Of a DNA stretch of 64,000 bases, positions 37,943 to 51,584 are shown one piece after another (the stretch's first letter is position 1; each line of letters starts with the position of its first letter). Origin of the DNA: Haliotis cracherodii. Taxonomy: Eukaryota. The notes beneath the pieces were generated by a model. The model ran no database searches. It was not told the DNA's origin and saw only the letters and a list, made by a program, of their open reading frames with translations. The translations under genes were made by a program, and so were the position numbers. The stretch spans positions 60,202,001 through 60,266,000 of the forward strand of contig NW_027266308.1 of the NCBI RefSeq assembly GCF_022045235.1, read 5' to 3'.

Positions 37943-38896
37943 CTATCTGTAACTAGCATCACCTATGGTCCAAGTATTCTTTTCTTCTGTTTTAATTGAT
38001 TGTCCAAACACTACAACATTTGTTTTATCACTATTAATCTTTAGGTTATTTGTGGCACAAAATATCTTTAGTCCATCAAGTAACACTTGTAGCTTTTGGG
38101 GGAAATCGGCAAATAGAACTAAATCATCGGCAAACAACAAATGACAAATGTTGAAACCATTGAGTGTTAAATTATTGCTATCAGATTTGATATAATGTGG
38201 AAGGTCATTGAGGAATATATTAAATAATGTGGGAGACAAAATGCACCCTTGTCGTACCCCAGTGTTGGATTTAAAGGATTGTGAAATGCCCTTGTCAGTT
38301 TTCACTTTATAAGAGATATCACTGTATAGTGATGATATTATTTTAAATATGTTTCCTGAGATTTTATTTGATAATACCTTTGTTAGGAGTAGTGATCTGT
38401 CAACTGAATCAAAGGCCTTTTGAAAATCTACAAAGCAAATGTATAGTTTTTTCTTTTTACTTTTTGTAGAATCTATTAATGTTTTAAGAACAAATACATT
38501 ATCTGATGTTTGGTAGCCCTTCCTAAATCCAGACTGACAGTGGTCTTGTAATTGATTTTTGTCCATGTGTTCCATTATTCTTTCATTAATAACCTTACAG
38601 AATAGCTTACCTAAGCAGCTGCTTAGTGCAATAACCCCGTAGTTGTTAGGGTCAGTCTTATCACCCTTATGTAATGCGGTAACAACCGAGGCTGCCCAGC
38701 TCTGTGGAAAGTGACCGCTATTTAATACGTCATTAAACAGTTTAACCAACTGGTCTATCAATGAACAAGATATTGATTTTAAAAGTTCGTTACTTATGTT
38801 ATCTTCGCCTGGACTTTTGTTTGTTTTGAATTGTTTTATACAAGTGAGAATTTCGTTAGCTGTTATTGGTTTATTAAGACCGTCACATATATGCAT
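37943..38896 (-). pseudogene. LINE reverse transcriptase domain fragment
   Basis: 317-aa ORF with canonical non-LTR RT motifs, flanked by frameshifts and stops. Confidence 0.92.
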
Positions 38897-39104
38897 ATCT
38901 CCATGTCTTGAAGAATTTTGTAGAGGATTCAGAGAAGATATTTTTGTTTTAGTGTTGTAAATACTCCTGAAGTGGTTTGTTAGCTCCTCAGGGTCAGGGT
39001 AAACAGATTCCTTTTGGGATGAGGTTCTAAGTTTATTTAATAGTTTCCAGAATTTTTGGGGTTCCTTTTTTGACAGGGTTTCCAGTTGTTCAATGTAATT
39101 TTGT

Positions 39105-40047
39105 TTATAGATGTTTTCTTCTGAGTAGCTTCTTGTATTCTTTTTTGGCTAAAAGAGCCCTATTTTTAATTGATATATTGCTTTCTTTATTGAACTCTTG
39201 ATATTTTTGTTCCATATTACGTTTTGCCGCTTTACATTCAGCATCATACCATTGGTTTTTTGGTACATTGGATTTATTTTTGCAAGGTTTTGTTGACAAT
39301 TTGTTGACAGTTTGTAATATATCAGAGAAGGCATCATCAAGCGCTTCACATTCAGAACCATCTTTTGGACTGGAGGTTAACATAAAATTGTTTAAGGCAG
39401 TTTGAATATTGAAGTTTGAGGTAGCATCTTTAACACATGTGTGCCTGTTGGAATGCCAGCGTCTTCTACTCCTGTATTTAGTAAAGTTTACATTTGTGGC
39501 CTTATTAATGTTTTTGTTCATTTTAGGGAGATGATCTGTGGTTACTGAAAGTTTAAGGGATAGCTGGCAGTGATCTGATAACCATGTTAATGGTTTTATG
39601 TTGAAATATGAAATATTTTGGTAGATTCCTTCTGTGACTAACGCGTAATCAACAACGCTATGACCATTATACGTGTGACATGTAAAGTTGCCAAGTCTGT
39701 CACCAAAGGTTCGCCCGTTTAATATTATTAATTTACAGCACGTGGCTATATCAAGGAGCGATTTCCCATAATTATTTGTTTTAACATCAAGACTACATCT
39801 TGGGGTTTGTATGTCTGAGGTTATATCACTGGGTAGGTCTGGCAGGTGATCTGTGTTTTTATTATCAATACATTCATCCTCGCACGCTGTACGGGCATTA
39901 AAGTCCCCCCACCCCACCCCCCAAATGATCTCACCTAAATTAGAGAATTTGATTATTTCTTTAAGGAGGATGTCAAATGGATCAATATTGCATTTTGTCC
40001 AAAATGAGGACCCTTCTGGCGGTATGTAGATGGTACCTATATAAATA
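39105..40047 (-). pseudogene. LINE apurinic-like endonuclease fragment
   Basis: GDFNART, NGRTFGD..G.FTC, SVVDY and LSDH motifs. The frame extends upstream of the listed ORF to the truncation point. Confidence 0.9.
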
Positions 40048-40053
40048 TGTGTT

Positions 40054-40116
<63 letters not shown>

Positions 40117-40214
40117 AGGGGGTGTTGGAAGACACTTGTGAATGATATATGACATGGGCAGAAGCATATATATGTTGTTGAGTCGTGGCATGATGGCTGT
40201 GGCTCATAGGTGTG

Positions 40215-41289
40215 ATGTGAGGTGGGTAGGGGTACAGGTGTGAGGTGGGTAGGGGTACAGGTGTGAGGTGGGTAGGGGTACAGTGGGTAGGGGTACAGGT
40301 GTGAGGTGGGTAGGGGTACAGGTGTGAGGTGGGTAGGGGTACAGGTGTCAGGTGGGTAGGGGTACAGGAGTCAGGTGGGTAGGGGTACAGGTGTCAGGTG
40401 GGCAGGGGTACAGGTGTCAGGTGGGTTGGGGTACAGGTGTCAGGTGGGTTGGGATACAGGTGTCAGGTGGGTATGGGTACAGGTGTCAGGTGGGTATGGA
40501 TACAGTTGTCAGGTGGTTAGGGGTACAGTTGTCAGGTGGGTTGGGGTACAAAGGTGTCAGGTGGGTTGGGATACAGGTGTCAGGTGGGTTGGGCTACAGC
40601 TATCAGGTGGGTTGGGGTACAGGTGTCAGGTGGGTAGGGGTACAGCTATCAGGTGGGTTGGGGTACAGGTGTCAGGTGGGTAGGGGTACAGGTGTCAGGT
40701 GGGTAGGGATACAGGTGTGAGGTGGGTTGGGGTACAGGTGTGAAGTGGGTAGGGGTACAGGTGTGAGGTGGGTAGGGGTACAGGTGTGAGGTGGGTAGGG
40801 GTACAGGTGTGAGGTGGGTATGGGTACAGGTGTCAGGTGGGTAGGGGTACAGGTGTCAGGTGGGTTGGGGTACAAAGGTGTCAGGTGGGTTGGGGTACAG
40901 GTGTCAGGTGGGTTGGGCTACAGCTATCAGGTGGGTTGGGGTACAGGTGTCAGGTGGGTAGGGGTACAGGTGTCAGGTGGGTAGGGATACAGGTGTGAGG
41001 TGGGTTGGGGTACAGGTGTGAAGTGGGTAGGGGTACAGGTGTGAGGTGGGTATGGGTACAGGTGTGAGGTGGGTAGGGGTACAGGTGTGAGGTGGGTATG
41101 GGTACAGGTGTGAGGTGGGTAGGGGTACAGGTGTCAGGTGGGTTGGGGTACAGGTGTCAGGTGGGTTGGGGTACAGGTGTCAGGTGGGTTGGGATACAGG
41201 TGTCAGGTGGGTACGGGTACAGATGTGAGGTGGGTAGGGGTACAGGTGTAAGGTGGGTAGGGGTACAGGTGTCAGGTGGGTAGGGGTAC
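40215..41289. repeat. G-rich 23-bp minisatellite
   Basis: Unit ggtgggtaggggtacaggtgt(c/g)a. Confidence 0.96.
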
Positions 41290-41807
41290 GTTGTCCAAAT
41301 GAATTACGTGATGGTGTCAAAGTAAATTCAGACATTACGGGATGTTATCCAAGTAAATTCAGATATTACGGGACGTTGTCCATGTAAATTACGTGATGGT
41401 GTCCAAGTAAATTCAGACATTACGGGATGTTATCCAAGTAATTTAGGTATTACGGGACGTTGTCCAAGTAAATTACGTAATGGTGTCCAAGTAAATTCAG
41501 ACATTACGGAAGGGTGTCCAAGTATATTACGTGATGGTGTCCAAGTAACTTCAGAAATTACTGGATGTTGTCCAAGTAAATTACGTGATGGTGTCCAAGT
41601 ATACTGAGACATTACGTGATGATGGCCAAGTAAACTGAGACATTACGTGATGATGTCTAAGTAAACTGAGACATCACGTGATGATGCCCAAGTAAACTGA
41701 GACATTACGTGATGATGTCCAAGTAAACTGAGACATTACGTGATGATGTCCAAGTAAACTCAGACATTACGTGATGATGTCCAAGTAAACTCAGACATTA
41801 CGTGATG
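41290..41807. repeat. Minisatellite with ~22- and ~31-bp units
   Basis: gtccaagtaaa(ttcagaca)ttacgtgatg repeats. Confidence 0.9.
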
Positions 41808-43503
41808 TAATCCCAACAACACGGAACAGGATGGGAGGAAGGTTCATTACATATCACACGGATATAGAGCATGCTCTAAGACCATCTATGAGTTCAGGAT
41901 ATAGATGAGACCTAAACAAAAATATATTTGCATAATTGCATGTGTTTATTTCTTTAATCATGCACAGCATTTCAAGACCCAGCGTAGTAGTAATGCTTCA
42001 TGTCAATCACCCAGTTCAGGATAAACATCCGGATATTCAAGGTTCTCCTGAACACCGTGTTGTTAGAAACGAACATCAGACTACGCGCGGGTTTGCATAG
42101 AAGGTTTAGGTTGTCAATAAAGTTCGTCACAGAATCAGTGTATGAGACGTGTCCCGTCAATAGTCATTATGATGGTAACCATCAGCCCAGCACGTGTGTT
42201 GCTGCACGCAAGAATGAATGACGTTTCAGAAAACTATAATACACCGTGCTGTTACAGTAGAGCTTGAATATACTGGAAACCTGATAGTGTGGTATCTGAT
42301 GATATTGTTAGTACTTGACGCGGTTACATAATTCTCTTATATTGGATAAAAAGCTCAATGCATGTCANNNNNNNNNNNNNNNNNNNNNNNNNNNNNNNNN
42401 NNNNNNNNNNNNNNNNNNNNNNNNNNNNNNNNNNNNNNNNNNNNNNNNNNNNNNNNNNNNNNNNNNNNNNNNNNNNNNNNNNNNNNNNNNNNNNNNNNCA
42501 CACACAGGATCCTTGCATGCCACGAGCATGACATTTTTGACATTGTATAGCAATTCCAGTCGGGAACCTTAGGGATTTTAAATAAATCAATAGACAGACA
42601 TGATATTGTAATGTACTACACACAGGACGAGTGACAGTATGTTACTTTATTTGGATATCAATGTTTTCGTTCTAGATCTATCTATCTATCTATCTATCTA
42701 TCTATGTTAGCGTCTATTTGACACATCTTTAACCACCTTCCAATGATCGGCCAGTTGATCAATGATGACTAAAACACGTAATATATATTTGATATTGATA
42801 AATATGGGGATATAAACTGTACTCAACATTATCAAATAACGAGCTCTCATTGGACAAGAGCCTCTTACTGAGATCCTGTTAGCGCTGGATTAATCACTTA
42901 CAAAGCGCTTCCGTGTGGAAATTGCCAAGCAGTGACGTTCACAAAGTCCAACTCCGTTTTATGCACAATACCATCACCATCTGCACCACACCCGACGCAC
43001 TGTCTGGATGATATACTCCTGATATACGCAACCCTAAGTCCGCATAAATGTGGTGGTTTGGTTTGTTGTTTTGCGCCGCACCAGAAAAACCAGTGATTGA
43101 TATCATGTGCATCGATCCACGCATATTTTATGGTGATAGAAGTAAACACTATAATCTTAAATTCAGCGCAACGTTATATAATTCTCAACCAAAATGCCAA
43201 ATGCCTACCATAGTCCTCGCCACTTGAAATAGAATCACGAAATATCGCGATGATATATTAACGAAGATCGGTGCATGTGTGCTAATCCGTATAAAGTGAA
43301 AACAAGCCTTTCCGTCGACAGGACATATTACCTGGATTCACACTATGCTTGCCGTAAAAGGCGACTAGCGGAGTCGGGTAGACAGGCACGCTGACAAAGG
43401 TGACAGACAATCCAGTGATTGACATCCTGATCATCGATCTACGCAATTGGGATCGATGACATACATCAACCAAGTCAGCGAGCCTGTCTATATTAAACAT
43501 ATA

Positions 43504-43679
43504 CAGTAAACTACGGTTATAACGAACACGTTTATAACGAACTGACGGATATAACGAACTTACTTTTTTGGTCCCGACTATTTGCTGTAGTTATGCTGTA
43601 TATATGTGTATAACGAACTACGGTTATAATGAACAAAAATTAGTGGTCCCTTTGAGTTCGTTATAACCGTAGTTTACTG
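43504..43679. mobile_element. Tc1/pogo (Tigger-like) MITE
   Basis: Perfect 24-bp TIRs cagtaaactacggttataacgaac, flanked by TA on both sides. Confidence 0.9.
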
Positions 43680-43994
43680 TATCATACATTCCGCTGATTT
43701 CGTTGAGTGCGAAATTGAGCGATGTGGAAACCCTGGAAAAATCTATCTTCACAGGTTTCACGGTGTGGACGGGTTGATTGTCCTGACATGAAACTTTGAT
43801 TACAAGGTCACTGATTCCCAATATGCTTGTTTCAGTGTCGATAGTCATCGGTGTCTGCGCTGTATACTCACATTTAGGAGTATATGGATCCGGATTGGTT
43901 CGCCATAAAACTCAGCCATTGGCTAATTAAGTTGGCTCTTTGAGAAACTGCGTGTTTTAGGTCACAACGTTCTGATACTCGTACTCTCAATGTT

Positions 43995-44190
43995 TGTTTG
44001 TTTCTTTTGCTTGTTTGTTGTTTAACGACGCACTCTGTAATAGTCTAGCTATATGGCGGCGGTCTGTAAATAATCGAGTCGGGACCAGACAACCGAGTGA
44101 TTAATATCATGAGCATCGATCTACAATTTGGGATACGATGACATGCATCAACCAGGTCAGCAAACATGACCACCCGATCCCCTTAGTCGT
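43995..44190 (-). mobile_element. SINE-like family C, 5'-truncated
   Basis: Family C tail and body; further fragments lie at ~43060-43120 and ~43340-43485. Confidence 0.85.
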
Positions 44191-44291
44191 AAGTTAAACA
44201 AACTTACACCGTCTAAACCTAGACTAGACATGGGTGCTAGAGCGTACATCCTCCCTTTAAGACACAGCGTATTTGCTACTCGCCTCTTTCA

Positions 44292-44547
44292 AAAGATCTG
44301 GGGTAGAATAGGTCTTCAGCAACCCATGCTTGCCGTAAAAGGCGACTACGCTTATCGTTAGAGGCGACTAACGGGATTAATTGGTCAGGCTGGCTGACTT
44401 GGTTAATGCATGTCATCGTATTCCAATTGCGTGGATCGATGTTCATGATGTCAATCAATGGATTGTCTGGTCCAGACTTGATTATTTTACAGACCACCGT
44501 CACATAGCTGTAATATTGCCGTATGTGGCGTCAAGCAACAAGCAAAC
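44292..44547 (+). mobile_element. SINE-like family C, near full length
   Basis: aagatctggggtagaataggtcttcag...caacaagcaaac. Confidence 0.88.
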
Positions 44548-45329
44548 ACTATTTTCAAAAGCCAATATGCTTTTATAACTCCATTGGTATTGACTGTTAT
44601 GTATAAGATATGGCTGCACCGAGAATTTAATACCTCACCCCTCGGGCATGTCCGTATAAGACGAAGCATATTGCATCGCCATCGATTTCAAATTGTAATA
44701 CGTTCTTACATGTATATTATGGGGTCACAGACGTCCGGGCGTGTAATGTGCGTCTAAATCATCCGAGGTTCAATCGACGCCCAATTAAGACCATACATGT
44801 TTTTTAAGTCGTCTTTTAGCACAGAATATGACCTTATGCTCCCGAGTTACAGAATATCTATTTTAGCATGTCTAAGATGCTGCTCCTTAGAACTAAAAAT
44901 AGAAACGCTAAGTCGTTGTAACAACCCCCCTCATTACCAAATGAAAGATTTTCTAAATTTTGTTTAAAGGGCGTTGAAAAGCATTACATTTCCAAAGCCA
45001 TCCTCTGTTAACATTCGTTCCATTACCAAATGGTTTCAATAATCAGGCATTATCAATAACACTACAGATGTAAAAATGAAATTAATATAATAAAATAATG
45101 TTATTTTACAAAGAAAATTGAAAAACTCGTTTTAAACTCAATTTTGCTTCAGATTTTGTAAACATTTTCACATATTCTAACTTTTGTCTTTTTGTATGAA
45201 CATGTCAGTGACCTTGTATGTACTTGTACATGCAATTATAACGTGATACTGTAATAAACAACGCATTCATGCCCTCCGTGACAGGATCCGCTGAACGTGG
45301 ATTAAAATACCAAATTTACCTCCTCTGGA

Positions 45330-47020
45330 TAACAGGGTACTGTCTGCTCGAGATATAAAGGTACTGCTTCATCGGGATATAAAGGTACTGCTTCTTCGGG
45401 GATATTAAGTTACTGTCTGCTCGGGATATAAAGGTACTGTCTCCTCGGTTGGTTGGTTGATTGTTTAACGCCGCACTTAGCAATATTCCAGCTATATGAC
45501 GGCGGACTGTAAAATAATCCAGTCTGGACCAGACAATCCAGTGATTAATATCATGAGCATCGATCCACGCAATTGGGATAAGATGACATGCATCAACCAA
45601 GTCAGCGAGCCTGACCAACCGATCCCGTTAGTCGCCTCTTACGACAAGCATAGTCGCCTTTTACGGCAAGCATGGGTTGCTGAAGACCTATTCTACCCCA
45701 GATCTTCATGGGACTGCCTCCTCGACATATAAAAGTACTGCTTCTTCGGGATATAAAGGTACTGTCTTCTCGGTATATAAAAGTACTGCTTCTTCGGGAT
45801 ATAAAGGTACTGCCGCCTCGGGATATAAAGGCACTGCTTCTTCGGAATATAAAGACACTGCTTCTTCGGGATATAAAAGGGCTACTTCTTCGGGATATGA
45901 CGGCACTGCCTCATCGGGATATCAGGGTATTGCTTCCTCGGAATATCAAAGTACTGCTCCCCCGGGATATAAAGTTACTGCTTCATCAGGCTATAGGGTT
46001 ACTGCCTCCTCGGGATATAAAGGTACTGCCTCCTAGGGATGAAAGGGTACTGCTTTATCGGGATATAAGGGTACTGCTTCCTCGGGATATAAAGGCACAG
46101 CCTCCTCGGGATAAAAAGGTACTGTCTGCTTGAGATATAAAGGCACTGCTTCCTCGGGATATACCGTTACTGCCTCCTCGGGATATAAAGGTACTGTCTC
46201 CTAAAGATATAAACGTACTACTTCATAGGGATATAAAGGTACTGTCTGCTTGAGATATAAAGGTACTGTTTCCTCGAGATATAACGTTACTGCCTCCTAG
46301 AGATATAAACGTACGGCTTCCTTGGGATATATAGGTACTGTCTGCTCGAGATATAAAGGTACTGTTTCCTCGAGATATAACGTTACTGCCTCCTCGGGAT
46401 ATAAAGGTACTGCTTCCTCTGGCTATAACGTTTCTTGTTCCTCGGGATATAAAGGTACTGCCTCCTAGGTTATATAAAGGTACAGTCTCATCGGGATATA
46501 AAGGTACTGACTCCTCGGGATATAGGTATTGTCTGCTCGGGATATAAAGGTACTGTCTCCTCGGGATATAAAGGTACTGCTTCCTTGTGATATATAGATA
46601 CTGTCTGCTCGAGATATAAAGGTACTGCTTCCTCGGGATATAACGTTACTGCCTCCTCGGGATATAAAGGTACTGCTTCCTCGGGATATAACGTTACTGC
46701 CTCCTTGGGATATAAAGGTACTGCCTCCTTGGGATATAAAGGCACTGCCTCCTTGGGATATAAAGGTACAGCCTCCTTGTACTGCCCTATCCGGGATATA
46801 AAGGTACTGCCTCCTCGGGATATAACATAACTGACTCCTCGGGATATGTAGGTACTGTCTGCTCGGGATATATAGGTACTGTCTGCTCGGGATATAAAGG
46901 TAAGGTTTCCTAGGGATATAACGTTACTGCCTCCTCGGGAAATAAAGGTACTGCCTCCTATAGGGATATAAAGGTACTGATTCCTCGGAATATAAGGGGC
47001 TGCCTCCTCAGGATATAAAG
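45330..47020. repeat. ~24-bp minisatellite interrupted by family C (45447-45712, minus)
   Basis: Unit approximately tcctcgggatataaaggtactgcc. Confidence 0.95.
45447..45712 (-). mobile_element. SINE-like family C, full length, inside a minisatellite
   Basis: Reverse complement of the family C consensus. Confidence 0.9.
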
Positions 47021-47021
47021 T

Positions 47022-47220
47022 GGGGGGACTGTGGCCCAGTCGTCCAGGGCGCTGTATTTTGCTGTTAGGTCTCTTAGGAGTGCCCAGATACGCTGTGTTA
47101 TATTTCTGGGTTTGTCAGCACTGTACCTTTGGGTTTCACCGAAGTGGAAAACGTCTAAGGCCTGTATCCTTTCGGGCTAACACGCCATGATATTATTGAA
47201 ATCCTGTTAAAAACTCACTC
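47022..47220 (+). mobile_element. Old, deleted SINE family B
   Basis: gtggcccagtcgtcc...gtttgtcagcac...gggtttcaccgaagtgg...actcactc. Confidence 0.75.
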
Positions 47221-47574
47221 CCTTTTCTCCGTGTATTACTGTCCAGAAATATCTGATATGAAACAGCTGAGTGTCACTTGCATGAAATGCACGTGCAGCA
47301 CACAATCCGCAAGCGTTGTACATTTCAATTAGCAGCATTGGATGTATGTACACCACGTGATAAAATGGTAATCTCTCATCAGACAAGTCTCCAGATGTGT
47401 CTGGGATATTAGAACTCGTTCGTTGTTACCTGTTTCCCACAAAATCGGCAAGCTGATGTCTTATGCAAACAGCTGTGCCATGTTTTCAGCTATCCATCAC
47501 ACACAAGCACTCGTCCCAAGCTGCCCCATGTGTTTGTGAACAAGCCTCGCCTCAGTGGAGGGTAAACAAGACAA

Positions 47575-50500
47575 ATATGCATGTGTTTATTTCACAGTTT
47601 ATTTCAGTAATACGTCTCTTCTGCATCATATTTCTTAAATAAAATAAATAAAATAAATTGTACAAAATGTCAAAATGTCATTTTGGACCTTACATCATCT
47701 ATGCCACATTTTTTATAAATGTATATACAATCATATATAACTGTGACTTGGGGACATTGATAAAATTGCAATTCGTAGTTTCTGTTTCAGCATCCAACTG
47801 CGATAATGAATGAAAATGGTTGACAACACATCATTTGACTATGATTAGATCTACATATGGCTAAAAATGCCTCGTAGACAAGTTAATGCTAAGGTTACAC
47901 GATTCATTTACAGAACTCAGATAGCAATTATAACGTCAACAATTTCTTTGAACTTTGGATTATGTTATTTCAAACAATATAAACGGAAGCAATCTTCGTT
48001 TGGGTGTCTGATTATGCAAACTTTCAATTAATCAAAATGGCATTATTTGCGTTTTAAGGATTTTTGTATGACTAATTGAGCAGGTAACATGTCAGAAATA
48101 AACGCATACGTGGTACCTCTTAGATTCACTGCTATATGATATCTATGTTGAGACAATCTATGACAGTTGACCACTGGTCAAGTGATGGCTGGACTTTGGC
48201 CATCTGTGTAATGCTTTTATTGGTCTCTGTTGTCCTATAATGTCCGTTGATGGAAATGGGGGTGAAGCATGGAATGAAAGGTGGGCGAGTACTTCGGCGG
48301 GAGTGGGGGGGGGGGGGGGGAGAGGAGGGAGGGGGTAGGGGACAGTACAACCTACAATTGAAAAGATAAAGACATATGGCCTCAGATCAGTATCTCGAGG
48401 TCAAACATAACAATACCCAATACTTCAAATATAATAATTTTAAATATGCAAATCAATTCATAATTAAACCTAATTTCATAATCCAATATAACATAAGATC
48501 TTATCCATCAGATTCAGATTAAGGTAATGAGATCAACATGTTACTAATAAAACAAAATATCAACTCCCTTAGAAGTGTACCACCGCAATGGTATCCACAA
48601 ATCATTCACGAGTCACAGACAAAATGTCGGCCTTGGATCCAGTTTGAGGAACCCCATCAGGTTGGACCATCAGTGTCTCCGCCGTGCTTAAGCTAGTGTG
48701 TTTGAACAACCATCTCACAGCTGAAAGCTTTTAATATGAAATGTATTGATCTAGCATTGAGGCCTATAGCGCTCTCCAGTTGCAGGGGGCTATTCCTCAT
48801 TGATGGCCCAACAGGATTTCCGATGGATATAAAGCCGAGCTGAATTAATAAATCCGCGGTCTAATTTACAATTGAAGATAATAGCACAAATTCTATCAAT
48901 ACTGGAGAGTGTGAATTTTTCGACTTGAAAACTGCCAGTTGGGACAGACGCTATGATTTGGCAAATTGATATTGGTAACGGGAGTATCACTTGCAGATCT
49001 CAAGATTATTTCATGAATCTTTTAGATGGGTGATGTCGGCGCGGCGTATCGATAGCGCGCACTGGAATTGTTAAACATGGGTTATTCTGACGCGTTTCTA
49101 TTGAGGCAGCAACGAGTCCATCTGTCGCGAAGCCAAACATGGTAACACCTGTCGGCGATATGCATTTACAAGGAGGCCCCGATTTGTGTAGCTCTTGTTG
49201 AGGTGGTGCTCTCCAAGGATAACGGTACCTCTCACTCCGCGTCACGTCAACCACAGACTGGCGTCGCTGACGTGTGACGTCACAAACACCAGACCACGTG
49301 GTGCGTTGCGCGTAACTCGTTACAGAATGACGCTGCAGCTGGTTGTTCCTTATATGGAATATGCAAGCGCCAGAGAACATCTAACGGGAAACTGTAGCAA
49401 CTAAACATTACGATTCAGATCACGCATCGGGGGACGCGCATTTGAAATGTCGCTTTGTGTGGTGAACAATAAGTTATTTCTGCAGTTTGCCAAGTACCAA
49501 ATCAACAGCGAAGCCGCATATAAATGCTGCCTCGTTATAACACGATTAATTCAGTTGAAATGTCAAGCTGTTATAAAGGATCTTTAATCTTCACCATTCT
49601 TTCATTTTACATTAAACAATAAACGTGGCAGATAAAAGGAAAAGTTTGTTCTATAAGCAGTGCTCCAGACAGATTTCAGGATAAGAAAACTCATTTTCGA
49701 ATATAATGAGCGCTGTTTCCAACTTGGTAATAGTTGATGAATCATATAACGACTGTGATAACGACAACGATTGCCATTTTATATGATATAACATAACAGT
49801 AAGCCGCCATTTTGCTTTTAACAAGTAAAAATATAAACATAATGTACCGAGTAAGTCAAAAGAGTGACTTCAATACCGCGTTCCAGTGGGAGCATTAATC
49901 CTGAAAAATTCATGTCAGCTGTTTGGACTAGATAACTATGCACTAACAGCGGTACACAGAAATAGATGACAACAAAATCGATTTGTGGCTGGCGTTCGCC
50001 TGACTCTTTCAACTAGCTAAACGATAACGAAAGAACTACGTATAATAATAAGTGGTACTGTTGTCATTTGAGCTGAGAAAACTTGAAATAAGTGTCACTC
50101 TATAACAGATAAACAATTATGTCAACAGATTTGTAATCGAATTGTGAGTTTAATTTCTGTCTTGAAATATGTTTTGATAATTTGATATATTCCCCAAAAG
50201 ATCCTCTTTCGTCTTAACAACAGCTTACACTTACGTATAATAAATAAGTTATGAAGTAGACTAACAAAGCATCGTTTTAACAGATATAAAATACTGTGAG
50301 CACAAGAATTGTACCTTGCAGTATCTATAAAGCACCTGTCTGGAAGGTTTACTATTTCCGAGGACGGCTCGTCTATCCAAATCTCCTAACCTGCTTGTGC
50401 AAATACGGGACAAGATTCCACAACTAGGAATGTCTTTGGCGCTACGCTGAGACAATCACTGTAACTTTCAGAAATGTTACCCACGTGTGGTCAGCTGGCC

Positions 50501-51584
50501 CGTCATCACGTGACCGGGGTCCAATTGCATTTCATATACAGTTAGAATTATCAGACTTCCGTGAAAAGGCGTTATGAGACATATTCGATAGATCTTTATA
50601 AATTCAACTCTGGAGACATAACAATCCTACACGAATATGGTGTAAAGGATATTTTTAACTTTTGTTCGATATTCGAATATATTTGTATACGTATCTACAA
50701 GACGCAACCATCACGTCAAAAGGCAGGGACCATATACTGTATTCGGGGGATAAAGACTTCCTGCGACAGAAACAATTTCATACGTGGCGAGGGGCGGGAG
50801 GAGTTATAAAATTGTATGGAATGGCAGACAATGAATTCTTCAAAACGAAACAGGTTCGGGATACATTGTTTCGCAAAAGGATTTGGCATGTGACAATGGA
50901 TTCGAAAGTATATTGATCTGAAATATTTCAACGTACAGTGGAACCTCCTTAATGTGGACACCTCATATTTCGGACGGTTAAGATAGAGTAATGCTAAATC
51001 ACAACACATGTTTTATGACCGGAAACCAGAATAAATAGCTTCATGTAAACTGGATCGTCCTCATTAAGGAAGTTCCGCTGTACAGATCGAGTTAAAACGA
51101 CTCGTATCAAGTAATCACAATGCGGCATTCTTGCTGCAACACATGCCCCTGGGTTGTGGTCGCCTTTGTGGTATCCGGTAATACTTCAAAAGTACAGGTA
51201 TAGTATAGTCCTTGATGAGCCGGACTGATTCACAAAACAGGTGTCATTATAAACAAATATACAAATCCGATATATTATATACACTATTTATACCATGTTC
51301 CACTTGTTGGGCACAACTCGAAGGCCCGGTGCAAAATTTAATCCATGCACCACAATCATTAAAACAAAGCTGAGAATGCTTTCAGTGCGCATGTGTGAGA
51401 TTGTTGGCATGTGTGGAACAGCAGACGAGAGTTTCGCCTGACGGGCCTGGGAGCAGACGACCATACTCGCGCCATCACGGAATCACATTCGCTCTCACTT
51501 GAGGAATTCCTCATCGTCTTGCGAGCCAGCTGCATCCAATACCGATAATTTGTTCACAGTCTCTTAGGCCGTACACACATCGGA
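47575..51584 (-). other. Putative long 3'UTR of the SERTAD4-like gene
   Basis: Two minus-strand AATAAA hexamers (47586-47591, 47598-47603) are followed by a U/GU-rich element and preceded by AU-rich sequence. TGTATATA Pumilio-type sites occur at 47722-47729 and 51276-51283. The region lacks SINEs. The end point is inferred. Confidence 0.5.
50936..51080. mobile_element. Tc1/pogo-like MITE in the putative 3'UTR
   Basis: TIRs cagtggaacctccttaatg / cattaaggaagttccgctg, flanked by TA. Confidence 0.75.

Larger units (their letters stand above)
36726..40047 (-). mobile_element. 5'-truncated, frameshifted non-LTR retrotransposon (APE + RT + C-terminal Cys/His motif; RTE-X-like or CR1/L2-group)
   Basis: APE motifs IYIPPEGS, GDFNART, SVVDY and SDH; RT motifs KSPGED, FVDFQKAFDSV, GVRQGCILSPTLF and LFADD; C-terminal NKLRTY...NHKLNIELGR...C..C...H...C. 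It ends in AATAAA plus a (TCTTA)n tail at ~36726-36757. A 22-bp TSD tgtgtttgtgtttgtgtgtgtg sits at 36704-36725 and 40048-40069. The clade assignment is inference. Confidence 0.93.

Noticed and set aside
45677-46133. SSGYKGTA repeat protein
   Set aside because: It is a 24-bp minisatellite with frequent frameshifting units and a SINE insertion.
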